Assembly: GCA_964618905.1 (NCBI GenBank)
Contig: CAZUDK010000001.1
Location: forward strand, 13,982 to 77,981
DNA from: an uncultured Candidatus Saccharibacteria bacterium
GTDB lineage: Bacteria > Patescibacteriota > Minisyncoccia > Phycocordibacterales > Zambryskibacteraceae
Direction: 5' to 3'
DNA: 64,000 bases
Shown here: positions 46,141 to 56,739 of the stretch, one piece after another
Layout of the letters: each line of letters starts with the position of its first letter
Numbering within the stretch: position 1 is the first letter of the stretch
Program-made: the position numbers and the translations under genes
Notes under the pieces: model-generated
Database searches by the model: none
What the model was told of the DNA's origin: nothing
What the model saw: only the letters and a program-made list of their open reading frames with translations

Positions 46141-48129
46141 ATGAAATCTGGAAAAGAACCCGTCTCGCGTCGACGAGATTCCGCGAGTCGAGACGGGAAG
46201 ATAAGAAGAGTGGCAATGAGGGCAAGTTCACCTTCTGTAGTAGAAGTCATCCCAATTGTTAAAGGCTCTATGAAGCCTTCTCTTTCCTATTTCACAAGCA
46301 AAGTAGTAGAGGTGGGTGAATTTGTAAAAGTGCCTCTCAGAAAAGGAGAAGCTGTTGCCATAGTTACTGCTGTGCATGACGCAGAGAAAGCTAAGACTCA
46401 TCTTAAGAGCTCGCCTTTTGCCCTTAAAAAACTTTCAAGCCTCGGCTTGCAAAAAAAATCCGGTAAAGGGAGCACCAAAGAACCGGAGAAAGCCCGCATA
46501 GGAAAAGCTTTCATGGCGGCGGCGGAGAAATGCGCCAAATATTATTCTTCAACTACCGGCAGCGTCCTCGATGCTCTCATACCGAAAATAATCCTCGACG
46601 AGCCGCAGCTCGTATTTACAAAAAAACAAGAAGATCAGAAGCTAGATAAATCAGGTCCCAAAAATGAACCACTATTGATCCAGCTCGATGAGAACGAACG
46701 CTTCGGACAATACAAGAGCATTATCCGCGAGAGCTTAGCTAAAAAGTCTTCGGTTATGTTTATTACTCCTACCGAAGAGGAAGCTCTGCGTGCCTTTGAA
46801 TTCCTCTCTCATGGCATAAGTGAATATGCTTACCTCTTTACTCTTAGCCAAAGCACTAAATCCTTAAAAAAGGTCTTGAATGAGGCAGCTGATTCAGAGC
46901 GGCCAGTGCTATTTGTCACCACTCCTTCTGGGGTATCTTTCAACAGACCGGACCTCGACACCATCATCCTAGAGAAAGAAAATTCCAGAGCATACAGGAC
47001 TATGACTCGTCCATACATGCACCTTAAAGTTTTCTTGGAATATCTGGTGCAGCAATCTGCAAAGAGACTGATCTTTGGAGATTCAGTGCTTTCTTTGGAA
47101 TCTCTATGGAAGGAAAAAGAAGGCGAATACAAGGATTTCTTCCCTCTTAAATGGAGGCTTCCTTCAGATAGCCATGTCAGGCTCATAGACATGAAAGCAG
47201 AGCAGAGAGAAACTAAGAAATTCGATATCTTCTCCCAAGAGCTTAAAGAGATGATACAGAAAGCATTGGAAGAAAAAGAGAAAGTATTCCTCTTCGGTGC
47301 TCGCAAAGGTCTTTCCCCCACCACCATTTGTGGTGACTGCGGCTCCATTCTTACCTGCAAAAACTGTGGCGGCCCAGTGGTCTTACACCGCAAGGAAGAG
47401 AATTCGGGAGAGAACATATATATCTGTCATGCCTGCAGAGCACGCAGACCGGCCGAAACTGCATGCGACACCTGCGGCAGCTGGAAACTTTCTGCCATCG
47501 GCATTGGAACAGACCTCATAAAAGAAGAAGTGAAAAATATTTTCCCGAAGGCAAGAGTGATGTCTCTCGACAAAACTCATGCCAACACCAATGCTAAGAT
47601 CCAGAAAATAGTCCAAGACTTTGAAAGCGGCGGTGAAATATTAGTAGGCACTGAACTGGCTCTTCTATATATGAAAAGAGTGCCTTATGTAGGATTGGTG
47701 TCAGTCGATGCGCTCTTCTCTATACCAGACTTCTGCATAAACGAAAGAATATTTTATCTTGTAAGCAAGCTCAGAGAAATTTCTTATAAAGAAACTGTTA
47801 TTCAAACTCGCAACATTGGTAAGATGGTTCTGACCCAGGCTGCTGCCGGAAATATTCTTGATTTCTACAAGGATGAAATATCAGAACGGGAAGAGATAAA
47901 ATACCCACCTTTCTCATTATTTATTAAAATTACTCCAGTCTCCAAAGAAGCAGCCAAGATTGTGCCGAATCTCAAAGAGACCTTGATGAAGTGGAGACCG
48001 GATGTGGTAAAGGATTCCTTGGTCATCCGCCTGCCGAGAGAAAAATGGCCGGATCAAGAACTCAGAGAAGAACTGTCTTTGCTTACTCCAGACTTTTCAA
48101 TTAAAGTAGACCCCGAAAGCATACTATAA
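46141..48129 (+). CDS. priA: Primosomal protein N' (PriA)-like, helicase motifs degenerate; start may be ATG 46217
   Basis: N-terminal V.VPLR, four CxxC motifs, GIGT, VGTE, IQTR, YPPF. Confidence 0.85.
   Translation: MKSGKEPVSRRRDSASRDGKIRRVAMRASSPSVVEVIPIVKGSMKPSLSYFTSKVVEVGEFVKVPLRKGEAVAIVTAVHDAEKAKTHLKSSPFALKKLSSLGLQKKSGKGSTKEPEKARIGKAFMAAAEKCAKYYSSTTGSVLDALIPKIILDEPQLVFTKKQEDQKLDKSGPKNEPLLIQLDENERFGQYKSIIRESLAKKSSVMFITPTEEEALRAFEFLSHGISEYAYLFTLSQSTKSLKKVLNEAADSERPVLFVTTPSGVSFNRPDLDTIILEKENSRAYRTMTRPYMHLKVFLEYLVQQSAKRLIFGDSVLSLESLWKEKEGEYKDFFPLKWRLPSDSHVRLIDMKAEQRETKKFDIFSQELKEMIQKALEEKEKVFLFGARKGLSPTTICGDCGSILTCKNCGGPVVLHRKEENSGENIYICHACRARRPAETACDTCGSWKLSAIGIGTDLIKEEVKNIFPKARVMSLDKTHANTNAKIQKIVQDFESGGEILVGTELALLYMKRVPYVGLVSVDALFSIPDFCINERIFYLVSKLREISYKETVIQTRNIGKMVLTQAAAGNILDFYKDEISEREEIKYPPFSLFIKITPVSKEAAKIVPNLKETLMKWRPDVVKDSLVIRLPREKWPDQELREELSLLTPDFSIKVDPESIL
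46159..46197 (-). repeat. 39-bp palindromic element, copy 1
   Basis: Minus strand CCCGTCTCGACTCGC-GGAATCTCG-TCGACGCGAGACGGG. Confidence 0.85.
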
Positions 48130-48695
48130 TGCCTGAGACTAAAAAAACTGTGGCTAAAAAGCCAGCTAAGACCATAAGAACAAAGGATGATCCCATCTTG
48201 CGGGAGAAGGCGGAGCCTGTGCCTGTAAAAGAAATAACATCCGAAAAAATCCAAAAAGTTTTGATAGAGATGAGTAAGGCTCTTCATGGAGAAGATGACG
48301 GCGTGGCGATAGCCGCGCCGCAAATCGGAGAAAAGCTTAGAATTTTTGTTGTGAATACAGAAGCTCTCAGCGAGCTTACAGGCGACCCGAATTCGGATGC
48401 AAAAAAGAATGTCGAAGACATGGTTTTCATAAATCCTGAGATAAAGAAGCTGTCTCGCAAAAAAGTATGGATGGAAGAAGGATGCCTTTCGGTAAGATGG
48501 CTATACGGCAAAGTCAAAAGAAGCGAGAAAGCAACGGTGACAGCCTACGATAGAGACGGTAAAAAATTCGAGAAAGGCGCTTCAGGCATACTGGCCCAAA
48601 TATTCCAGCACGAAACAGATCACTTGAATGGCATTTTATTCATAGACAAGGCTAAAGACCTTGAAGATTTGCCTCCCGATAATGAAAACAGCTAA
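48129..48695 (+). CDS. def: Peptide deformylase
   Basis: GVAIAAPQIG, EGCLS, QHETDHLNG. Confidence 0.97.
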   Translation: MPETKKTVAKKPAKTIRTKDDPILREKAEPVPVKEITSEKIQKVLIEMSKALHGEDDGVAIAAPQIGEKLRIFVVNTEALSELTGDPNSDAKKNVEDMVFINPEIKKLSRKKVWMEEGCLSVRWLYGKVKRSEKATVTAYDRDGKKFEKGASGILAQIFQHETDHLNGILFIDKAKDLEDLPPDNENS

Positions 48696-49569
48696 AGAAC
48701 AAGAAATAAAATTTGTATTCTTCGGCACTTCAGAATTTGCTGTCGGCGTACTTGAAGTTTTAAAGAAAGAAGGCATGATGCCTTCTCTTGTTGTTACTAC
48801 GGAAGACAAGCCGAAAGATAGAGGTCTTGGCCTACAGCCCACTCCGGTAAAACAGTGGGCAGAAATACATGGAATTACGGTGTTCCAGCCGAGTGATTTG
48901 AAGTCGGATGATGTTTATAAAAGACTTGAAGAAGAGCAAGCAGAGTTATTTATAGTCGCCTCTTATGGCAAGCTTCTGCCGGAGAGAATATTTGAATTGC
49001 CACCTCACAAAACTTTAAACGTACACCCTTCCCTGCTTCCAAAATTAAGAGGTCCCGCTCCTATAGTAAGCGCCATACTCGAAGGCCAAGAGACAGGAGT
49101 AACCATCATGCTTATGAGTAAAGAAATGGACGCCGGACCGATATTATCCCAAAAGCAAGCTGTGATTCCTGATATGCAGAATGACCCTCCAAGAAGAGAC
49201 TCTTTGGAAGAACTTTTGGCCAGAGAAGGCGGTGAACTTTTAGTGGAAACTATCCCAGCATGGATCAGTGGAAACATAAAACCAAGAGAGCAAGATCAGA
49301 ACGAAGTCACTTATACCAAAAAAATCGAGAAGCAGGACGGGCTTCTTAATATCTTTTCAGATCCCTTGGAAAATTTGCGCAAAGTGAGAGGTTATTGGGG
49401 CTGGCCCGGAGCTTTTATGTTTTTCAAAGATAAGAATGGAAATAAAGTGAGAGTAGTGGTGAAAGAGGCAGAAATTTCAAATGGAATATTCACCCCCATA
49501 TCAGTCGTACCTGAAGGCAAAAAAGAAATGCCTTGGAAAGATTTTTTAAGAGGGCGAAGAGAGTTATAG
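48682..49569 (+). CDS. fmt: Methionyl-tRNA formyltransferase
   Basis: FFGTSEFA, NVHPSLLP.LRG.AP, MDAGP. Confidence 0.96.
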   Translation: MKTAKEQEIKFVFFGTSEFAVGVLEVLKKEGMMPSLVVTTEDKPKDRGLGLQPTPVKQWAEIHGITVFQPSDLKSDDVYKRLEEEQAELFIVASYGKLLPERIFELPPHKTLNVHPSLLPKLRGPAPIVSAILEGQETGVTIMLMSKEMDAGPILSQKQAVIPDMQNDPPRRDSLEELLAREGGELLVETIPAWISGNIKPREQDQNEVTYTKKIEKQDGLLNIFSDPLENLRKVRGYWGWPGAFMFFKDKNGNKVRVVVKEAEISNGIFTPISVVPEGKKEMPWKDFLRGRREL

Positions 49570-49733
49570 ATCCTCAAGCTGTGAGGTAAATTCATCTCCG
49601 TAAACACTAGGACTGAGCACCCCTCCTGCGCTTTTTTCAACTCTTACTAGAAAAAACAGTATCACTGCCGTAAGTAAGCCGCCGGCAAGCACGGTAAACG
49701 ACACCCACGGAGAAGCTTTTTGATTTAAATAAT

Positions 49734-50141
49734 TCATTTTCTTTTCTTTAAACCTTTAATCTTGAGCTTGCCGGCGGTCCAAGAGAATCCCTTCATCATA
49801 TTTTTTATCGCCTCCCCACCCTTGCGCGACAGTGTATTGTTTCTGCCTTTAGCTCTCTTTATCTCTCTCTTGATTTCATCCTTTACTGCGTCTATGGCAG
49901 ACAATATATTGTCATTCTCCGATACTGCATATAGATCTAATCCATCTCCGCTTATATGCACCTCGGCGCGGAAAATATCTCCGCTTTGATGGTGGTTCGT
50001 AACCTTGCCTACTTCTACCCTAACTATTATGTCCGGACTCTTGTTCTTGAAATATTTATCAAGAGAGCCGATCTTCTTGTTGACATAATCTGATATCTCA
50101 GACGTGAGTTCAATATCAGAAGCTTTGATGCTGATGTTCAT
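49734..50141 (-). CDS. raiA: Ribosome hibernation promoting factor / RaiA
   Basis: MNISIKA..IELT..I.DYV.KK..L.KY, AID. Confidence 0.85.
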   Translation of the reverse strand: MNISIKASDIELTSEISDYVNKKIGSLDKYFKNKSPDIIVRVEVGKVTNHHQSGDIFRAEVHISGDGLDLYAVSENDNILSAIDAVKDEIKREIKRAKGRNNTLSRKGGEAIKNMMKGFSWTAGKLKIKGLKKRK

Positions 50142-50246
50142 GACATTGAAAAATTATCGTTTATTAATTTCTAATGTAATTATACCCTGCTAGATATCAA
50201 ATAGGCAAAACCTAATAAATCTAAGATTTTGATCCGGTAAATTAGT

Positions 50247-50837
50247 CTAAAAGTACGTGAATATAATCGCTGTCAGGTTAAGTATGGCATGACTAGCTGA
50301 GATGGCTATAAGATTAGGATACTTGTGATACATCCATGCAAAACCTATACCGGAAGCAAAAACAAGCGGAAGAACAATAGCCTTTTGAGCATAGATGGTA
50401 TGTAAAAAGGTGAAGAGAATGGTATTAACAGCTATCACTGAAAATATAGAGAGCTTTAATCTTGATAATTCCTCCATTAGAAAGCCTCTATAAAGAAACT
50501 CTTGAGTTATGCTGGACGGCAGAAAAAGGAAAAGCAGATGCGTATGAGTATACCAAGCATCAATAGGTTTCTTGTTTAAAAGATATGCCACTCCAACCAA
50601 AATCAGAATACTGAAAATTGTAAAAATAGTATAAGGAATGATTACTTTATCCAAGTTGTCGGTTCGGATGCCAAGCGACTTCGGCGACCAGCGTTGGAAG
50701 ACAACCAAGAGCACCGCAAAAATACTGTATGTTCCTATTATGATTATCCTGTGCTGAAATGGCAGAACGCCGAAATATATAAGAGCGACTGGAACTACAA
50801 ACACAAAAGCTACTTGCAAGATGATGAACCACTTCAT
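50247..50837 (-). CDS. CPBP family intramembrane glutamic endopeptidase
   Basis: QEFLYRG, F...H, H...N. Confidence 0.85.
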   Translation of the reverse strand: MKWFIILQVAFVFVVPVALIYFGVLPFQHRIIIIGTYSIFAVLLVVFQRWSPKSLGIRTDNLDKVIIPYTIFTIFSILILVGVAYLLNKKPIDAWYTHTHLLFLFLPSSITQEFLYRGFLMEELSRLKLSIFSVIAVNTILFTFLHTIYAQKAIVLPLVFASGIGFAWMYHKYPNLIAISASHAILNLTAIIFTYF

Positions 50838-50869
50838 ATGTTTGTCATATTAATATATTATACCCTTTC

Positions 50870-51286
50870 ATGAGCTTACCTAAAAAATATAAAGGCACCA
50901 AAAGAAAACTAAAGGTTAAGAAATCCCACGCCGGCCTCGGCTTGTTCACAGAAGAGCCTATAGAGAAAGGCGGATTTATCATAGAATACACAGGAACAAT
51001 ATTGAACGAAAAGCAGGCAAACGAAAAAGGCGGCAAATATCTTTTCGAAACCAGTTCAAACAGATTTATCGATGGCTCCGGCAGAAAAAATACCGCCAGA
51101 TATATCAATCACTCTTGCCGGCCGAATTGTGAAATAGATATACGAAGAGGTCATATACTTGTATTTGCAAAGCGTGCAATTAAGGCTGGAGAAGAGCTCG
51201 GCTATGATTATGAAAAAGAATATTTTGATGAATACATCAAACCTTATGGCTGCAAGTGCATAAAATGCAGAGAAGAGGCTAAATAG
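50870..51286 (+). CDS. SET domain protein
   Basis: GLGLFT, RYINHSCRPN, GEEL.YDY, post-SET CKCIKC. Confidence 0.92.
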   Translation: MSLPKKYKGTKRKLKVKKSHAGLGLFTEEPIEKGGFIIEYTGTILNEKQANEKGGKYLFETSSNRFIDGSGRKNTARYINHSCRPNCEIDIRRGHILVFAKRAIKAGEELGYDYEKEYFDEYIKPYGCKCIKCREEAK

Positions 51287-51296
51287 GATATGAACA

Positions 51297-51319
51297 GCCC
51301 CGCGCCGTAGGCGCGGGGC
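51297..51319. terminator. GC hairpin between convergent genes
   Basis: GCCCCGCGCC-GTA-GGCGCGGGGC. Confidence 0.6.
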
Positions 51320-51326
51320 ATTCTGT

Positions 51327-51527
51327 CTACGCAGGCAAGAGCGACAGCAAACAACTTTCACAACAACCGTTCTCTCCGGCAGTGTGCCCTTCGATTCCGC
51401 ACTCCTCTTGAATCCTCGCAAGTTCACTTTCAGCGGCTTCGAGCAAGTTCCGAGCTATCTTCACTCGCTCGATGATAAGCCCCGCGTACCTTTGAGTTTC
51501 AAAGGATGTCCTCAGTAAGGCGCTCAT
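51327..51527 (-). CDS. Small hypothetical protein
   Basis: AAGGAGG RBS before ATG 51527; coiled segment and C..H..CxxC. Confidence 0.5.
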   Translation of the reverse strand: MSALLRTSFETQRYAGLIIERVKIARNLLEAAESELARIQEECGIEGHTAGENGCCESCLLSLLPA

Positions 51528-51665
51528 CTTGCCTCCTTTTCTAAAGGTCTTTCTTAATTTTAGATAACTCAAAAAGAATTGTTAAGACCGTTATTCACTG
51601 CTTTTCTACTCTTTCGTTATTTGTTATAAAATTAATAAATAAGTACTTAAGACGTCTAACTGAAA

Positions 51666-52232
51666 ATGAGCAGGCCATATCTTTTAACTGGTGCAATATT
51701 AATAATTCTGGCCATTGCTCTTGTAGTGCTTGGTTCCAAATACCGTGACGGCAGCATAACCAACCGTGACCAAACAACTGAGTATAAAACCTACTCAAAC
51801 GAAGAGCTCGGATTCGAACTAGAAAGACCTGGTAATTCGAGCGTAAGCAGAGAAGGAGAAAATAGGGTTAAGTTCACAGTGCTTGGAGACCTTAATTCTC
51901 CTAATACTGAAATCACAGACGGGCTAACACTCACTGTAACAGCCAATCTGAATGTTGTTTACAACAGCTTGGAAGATTATGTAGATGCCAGAGTGGAATC
52001 AAACAGCTCAAACGGCGGCTTAATACTCACCAGTCCTGAGGCAACCGTCGTAGGTGGAATGCGTGCTATCAAATATTCATTCCAAAATCTTCTTGGCCGA
52101 ACTAGTTGGGAATACGTATTCTTGCCGCAGCCCGGCCGAGGATACGTCGTTACTTACTCAGTTATTGACCCAGAAAATATCGGCTACGAAGAGATCGCAT
52201 TAAAAATGCTTAATAGTTTAACCTTCAAATAA
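51666..52232 (+). CDS. Membrane-anchored hypothetical protein, PsbP/Mog1-like
   Basis: N-terminal TM, KTYSN.ELGF.L..P, C-terminal MLNSLTFK. Confidence 0.65.
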   Translation: MSRPYLLTGAILIILAIALVVLGSKYRDGSITNRDQTTEYKTYSNEELGFELERPGNSSVSREGENRVKFTVLGDLNSPNTEITDGLTLTVTANLNVVYNSLEDYVDARVESNSSNGGLILTSPEATVVGGMRAIKYSFQNLLGRTSWEYVFLPQPGRGYVVTYSVIDPENIGYEEIALKMLNSLTFK

Positions 52233-52235
52233 ACA

Positions 52236-52424
52236 ATGCCAGCACGATCTAAAAAACAGCAGATGGCTGCCGGAGCAGCTCTCTCAGCTAAGCGAGGAGA
52301 AATAAAAGAAAGCGAACTTCAGGGTGCATCTAAAGAGATGTACGAATCCATGACGGAAGAAGAACTTGAGGAACTTGCCAGCACGAAACGTGAAGACTTG
52401 CCGGACGAAGTGGAAGGAGATTAA
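52236..52424 (+). CDS. DUF3008 family protein
   Basis: MPARSKKQQMAAGAALSAKRGE...MYESM.E.ELEELAST. Confidence 0.85.
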   Translation: MPARSKKQQMAAGAALSAKRGEIKESELQGASKEMYESMTEEELEELASTKREDLPDEVEGD

Positions 52425-52428
52425 AAAG

Positions 52429-52462
52429 AAACAGCGGCTCTGCTCTAGCAGGGCCGCTGTTT
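52429..52462. terminator. Bidirectional terminator hairpin
   Basis: AAACAGCGGCTCTGC-TCTA-GCAGGGCCGCTGTTT. Confidence 0.7.
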
Positions 52463-52474
52463 TAACATCCAGCA

Positions 52475-52723
52475 CTACAATAAATGAAAGTGTAGATACT
52501 GCAAGAACATCTGGTTGAAAGACCAGTAAGCGAGGGCGGTAAAAATATCCTCCTCTGTTAGGAACAGAGTTGCCTTGAATGCGTTGTAGCAGTAAGGACA
52601 CTGAATTACCACGATCCTTCCGACATCCTCTATTCCATGGATGACTCTCAGATTTTTGTGGCAGTGCGTACATCTGAAGGCTTGTAAACGTTCCACTTTT
52701 TTCCTCCTTGCTTGAGTGAACAC
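52475..52723 (-). CDS. Small zinc-binding hypothetical protein
   Basis: CTHC...CPYC; GAGG before GTG start. Confidence 0.45.
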   Translation of the reverse strand: MFTQARRKKVERLQAFRCTHCHKNLRVIHGIEDVGRIVVIQCPYCYNAFKATLFLTEEDIFTALAYWSFNQMFLQYLHFHLL

Positions 52724-52781
52724 CTCTGTCGCCTAAAATACCATAATTTTCAAGAAAAGGAAGATCTTTCTATGGAGCCAC

Positions 52782-53075
52782 TTACCAAGCTTTGTATATC
52801 TCACGAGAGCCGGAAACATACATCTCGTTAATGTCTTTGAACTGCTCGGCCATTTCCCTATTCTCCTTTGTATCCTTCATCTCTTCTTCCCTGTTTTTCT
52901 CATAAGCAATCAAATCATCATATTGGCTCACTATAATTACCCGATGCCACTGGCCGGTTATATCTGTCATGATGTTGAGAACTCCAGGTTTATCACCCAT
53001 GGCTTCCTTGAAACGCTTGGCCAATTTACCGGCATTGCCCGGCTTACAAACAAAAGTGTCGTGAACTATTATCAT
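52782..53075 (-). CDS. NIPSNAP-like dimeric alpha-beta barrel protein
   Basis: F.CKPG.A, TD.TG...R, G.REIY. Confidence 0.65.
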   Translation of the reverse strand: MIIVHDTFVCKPGNAGKLAKRFKEAMGDKPGVLNIMTDITGQWHRVIIVSQYDDLIAYEKNREEEMKDTKENREMAEQFKDINEMYVSGSREIYKAW

Positions 53076-53157
53076 GTGATTTTAAAATTAGCTAATCATC
53101 ATATTGTAGACGAAAAAAACAAGTTAACCATACTCTGATTAATTAATGAGTAAGTAA

Positions 53158-53185
53158 AAATCCCAATGCTTGCGCATCGGGATTT
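53158..53185 (-). terminator. Terminator of tRNA-Asn
   Basis: Minus strand AAATCCCGATGC-GCAA-GCATTGGGATTT then T run. Confidence 0.7.
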
Positions 53186-53194
53186 AACTTTCTC

Positions 53195-53270
53195 TGGCTC
53201 CGCGACCAGGGCTCGAACCTGGGACATCCTCGTTAACAGCGAGGCGCTCTACCGACTGAGCTATCGCGGA
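53195..53270 (-). tRNA. tRNA-Asn(GTT)
   Basis: TCCGCGATAGCTCAGTCGGTAGAGCG CCTCG CT GTT AA CGAGG ATGTCCCAGGTTCGAGCCCTGGTCGCGGAGCCA. Confidence 0.97.
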
Positions 53271-53515
53271 ATATTATTTTTCAGAATCTCTCCTCTAAGC
53301 TCCCTCCCTTCTCCGGTTTTGAAAAACTTTTCCCTACATCGTGCTTCACCTAAAGTAGAGAACTTCTCTGTATAAACCAACGTGAGAGGTCTACGGCCTT
53401 TAGTTGGTTTAACATGACCAGAATTATGTTCTCGTAATCTTCGAGACACATCTTTCGCAAGACCAACATAGAAACCGTTATCTTTTTTGCTTTGCAGTAT
53501 GTAAACAAAGTACAT
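53261..53515 (-). CDS. Small GIY-YIG nuclease family protein; stop codon inside tRNA-Asn 5' end
   Basis: YFVYIL...FYVG...RRL.EHN.G, A..RE..FK. Confidence 0.9.
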   Translation of the reverse strand: MYFVYILQSKKDNGFYVGLAKDVSRRLREHNSGHVKPTKGRRPLTLVYTEKFSTLGEARCREKFFKTGEGRELRGEILKNNIPR

Positions 53516-53529
53516 ACTATTATTCTACA

Positions 53530-53575
53530 CTCTACCGACTGAGCCCTGCCTGCCGGCAGGCGGGTATCGCGGAAT
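53530..53575 (-). pseudogene. Duplicated tRNA-Asn 5' fragment interrupted by a 20-bp palindrome
   Basis: CTCTACCGACTGAGC [CCTGCCTGCCGGCAGGCGGG] TATCGCGGAAT versus 53247-53272 CTCTACCGACTGAGCTATCGCGGAAT. Confidence 0.9.
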
Positions 53576-53581
53576 GAAAAA

Positions 53582-53609
53582 ATAATAACAGAAAAAAGCT
53601 CAAAATCAA
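53582..53609 (-). promoter_or_regulatory. Promoter upstream of the tRNA fragment
   Basis: TTGATT-16-TATTAT with TGn extension on minus strand. Confidence 0.5.
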
Positions 53610-53645
53610 CCGCATGAATATGAAGTCACCTGTTATAATACTGAT

Positions 53646-54194
53646 ATGAAAAAAGCTGTTGTAGTAATAATAGTTCTAGCTGCTCTGGGTCTGGTCTATT
53701 CTCTAAGCAATAATCCGTCAAAAGTAACCAATGTTTCCAACAATAATGAAAGTTCTTCCGTAAAACCCGACCCTTCAAACGCGACCTTTATTTTTGAAGA
53801 TGGTCCGATAACCTTGTCTGGCGGCAAGACAACAATAGACATAGAAGGTTCTTCTGTTCTAAAAGAAGATGTGAGCCTTTGGGGTAACTTTATCGCTTAC
53901 GGAGATATAAATAGTGACAAAAAAGAAGATGCAGCGGTCATCATCACCCGTACAGGCGGCGGATCAGGCTTCTTCATATATGTAGCTCCTTTCTACTCCA
54001 AAGCAGGTTCATACAAAGGCGGTAATGCTGTATTTCTAGGTGATAGAGTGGCTCCAAAGGATATTTCAATAGCTGATGGCATTTTAACAGTGGAATACAT
54101 GGACAGAGCTGAAGGAGAACCTATGGCCGCCGAACCCACAGTGCTAAAGTCAGAACAATTTAAAATCAAAAACGGAATACTGGAGAAATTATAA
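53646..54194 (+). CDS. Membrane-anchored hypothetical protein
   Basis: N-terminal TM, GDINSDKKEDAAV, GGGSGFF.Y, LGDR. Confidence 0.7.
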   Translation: MKKAVVVIIVLAALGLVYSLSNNPSKVTNVSNNNESSSVKPDPSNATFIFEDGPITLSGGKTTIDIEGSSVLKEDVSLWGNFIAYGDINSDKKEDAAVIITRTGGGSGFFIYVAPFYSKAGSYKGGNAVFLGDRVAPKDISIADGILTVEYMDRAEGEPMAAEPTVLKSEQFKIKNGILEKL

Positions 54195-54270
54195 TCTTTT
54201 GAGAATAGTTTATATTCTTTAAATCAGTATTTATTGCCTGATTATGCATTTTATGCTTTAATTTCCGCTT

Positions 54271-56079
<1,809 letters not shown>

Positions 56080-56189
56080 TTATTAACATTCTACGATTGA
56101 CTTTTGTCAATACTTGTGCCAAGATTAAGTTTGGCACTATCGATAATTTCGCTAGTTGAACATTAACTTCGGCAGGAAGAGAGGCCAGC

Positions 56190-56672
56190 ATGAAAAGCAA
56201 TCTTGCTTCAGCAGGTATTGCTTGGCGGTTAAATAACGGCGAGCTTGAAGTCCTGGTTTTGGACTCATACACTACCATCGAATCGTGGGAGAAAAGGAGC
56301 CACCCAAGAACCAAGTTCCCAGGAGGAGGAAACCGAGAATATGCCAACGAAACCGCGAGACATACTCTCAATAGAGAGTATGTCCACGAGACAGGACTGA
56401 CATTCCCCGAGAATGCAATCCTGATCTGGAGAAATAGGAAGCCTAGTACATACCCGAAAGGAGAGACTCATATCCAATATTTCTATGCCGCTCCCGAAAA
56501 GGAAGTTACAGGTCCCATGCGGACTGATGTGATCCAGGACGGCAATGAATGGCTATCCCCTCCTTACTGGATGTCTGCTTCTGTGCTCTCGAAGAGCAAG
56601 CAGCTTCTATACTGGCATAGGCGTCCTCTGATCGAGCTTATGAAGTTAATTGACAGAGGATTACTCCTCTAA
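56190..56672 (+). CDS. NUDIX-fold hydrolase, divergent
   Basis: KFPGGG......ET...TL.REY..ETGL. Confidence 0.65.
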   Translation: MKSNLASAGIAWRLNNGELEVLVLDSYTTIESWEKRSHPRTKFPGGGNREYANETARHTLNREYVHETGLTFPENAILIWRNRKPSTYPKGETHIQYFYAAPEKEVTGPMRTDVIQDGNEWLSPPYWMSASVLSKSKQLLYWHRRPLIELMKLIDRGLLL

Positions 56673-56675
56673 CAG

Positions 56676-56725
56676 GTCCCACTACTATTTAGAATTAACA
56701 TTCTAGAGACGTGGTGGGACTTTTT
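56676..56725 (+). terminator. Hairpin with T run after NUDIX gene
   Basis: GTCCCACTAC...GTGGTGGGAC-TTTTT. Confidence 0.5.
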
Positions 56726-56739
56726 GCTATACTATTGCC

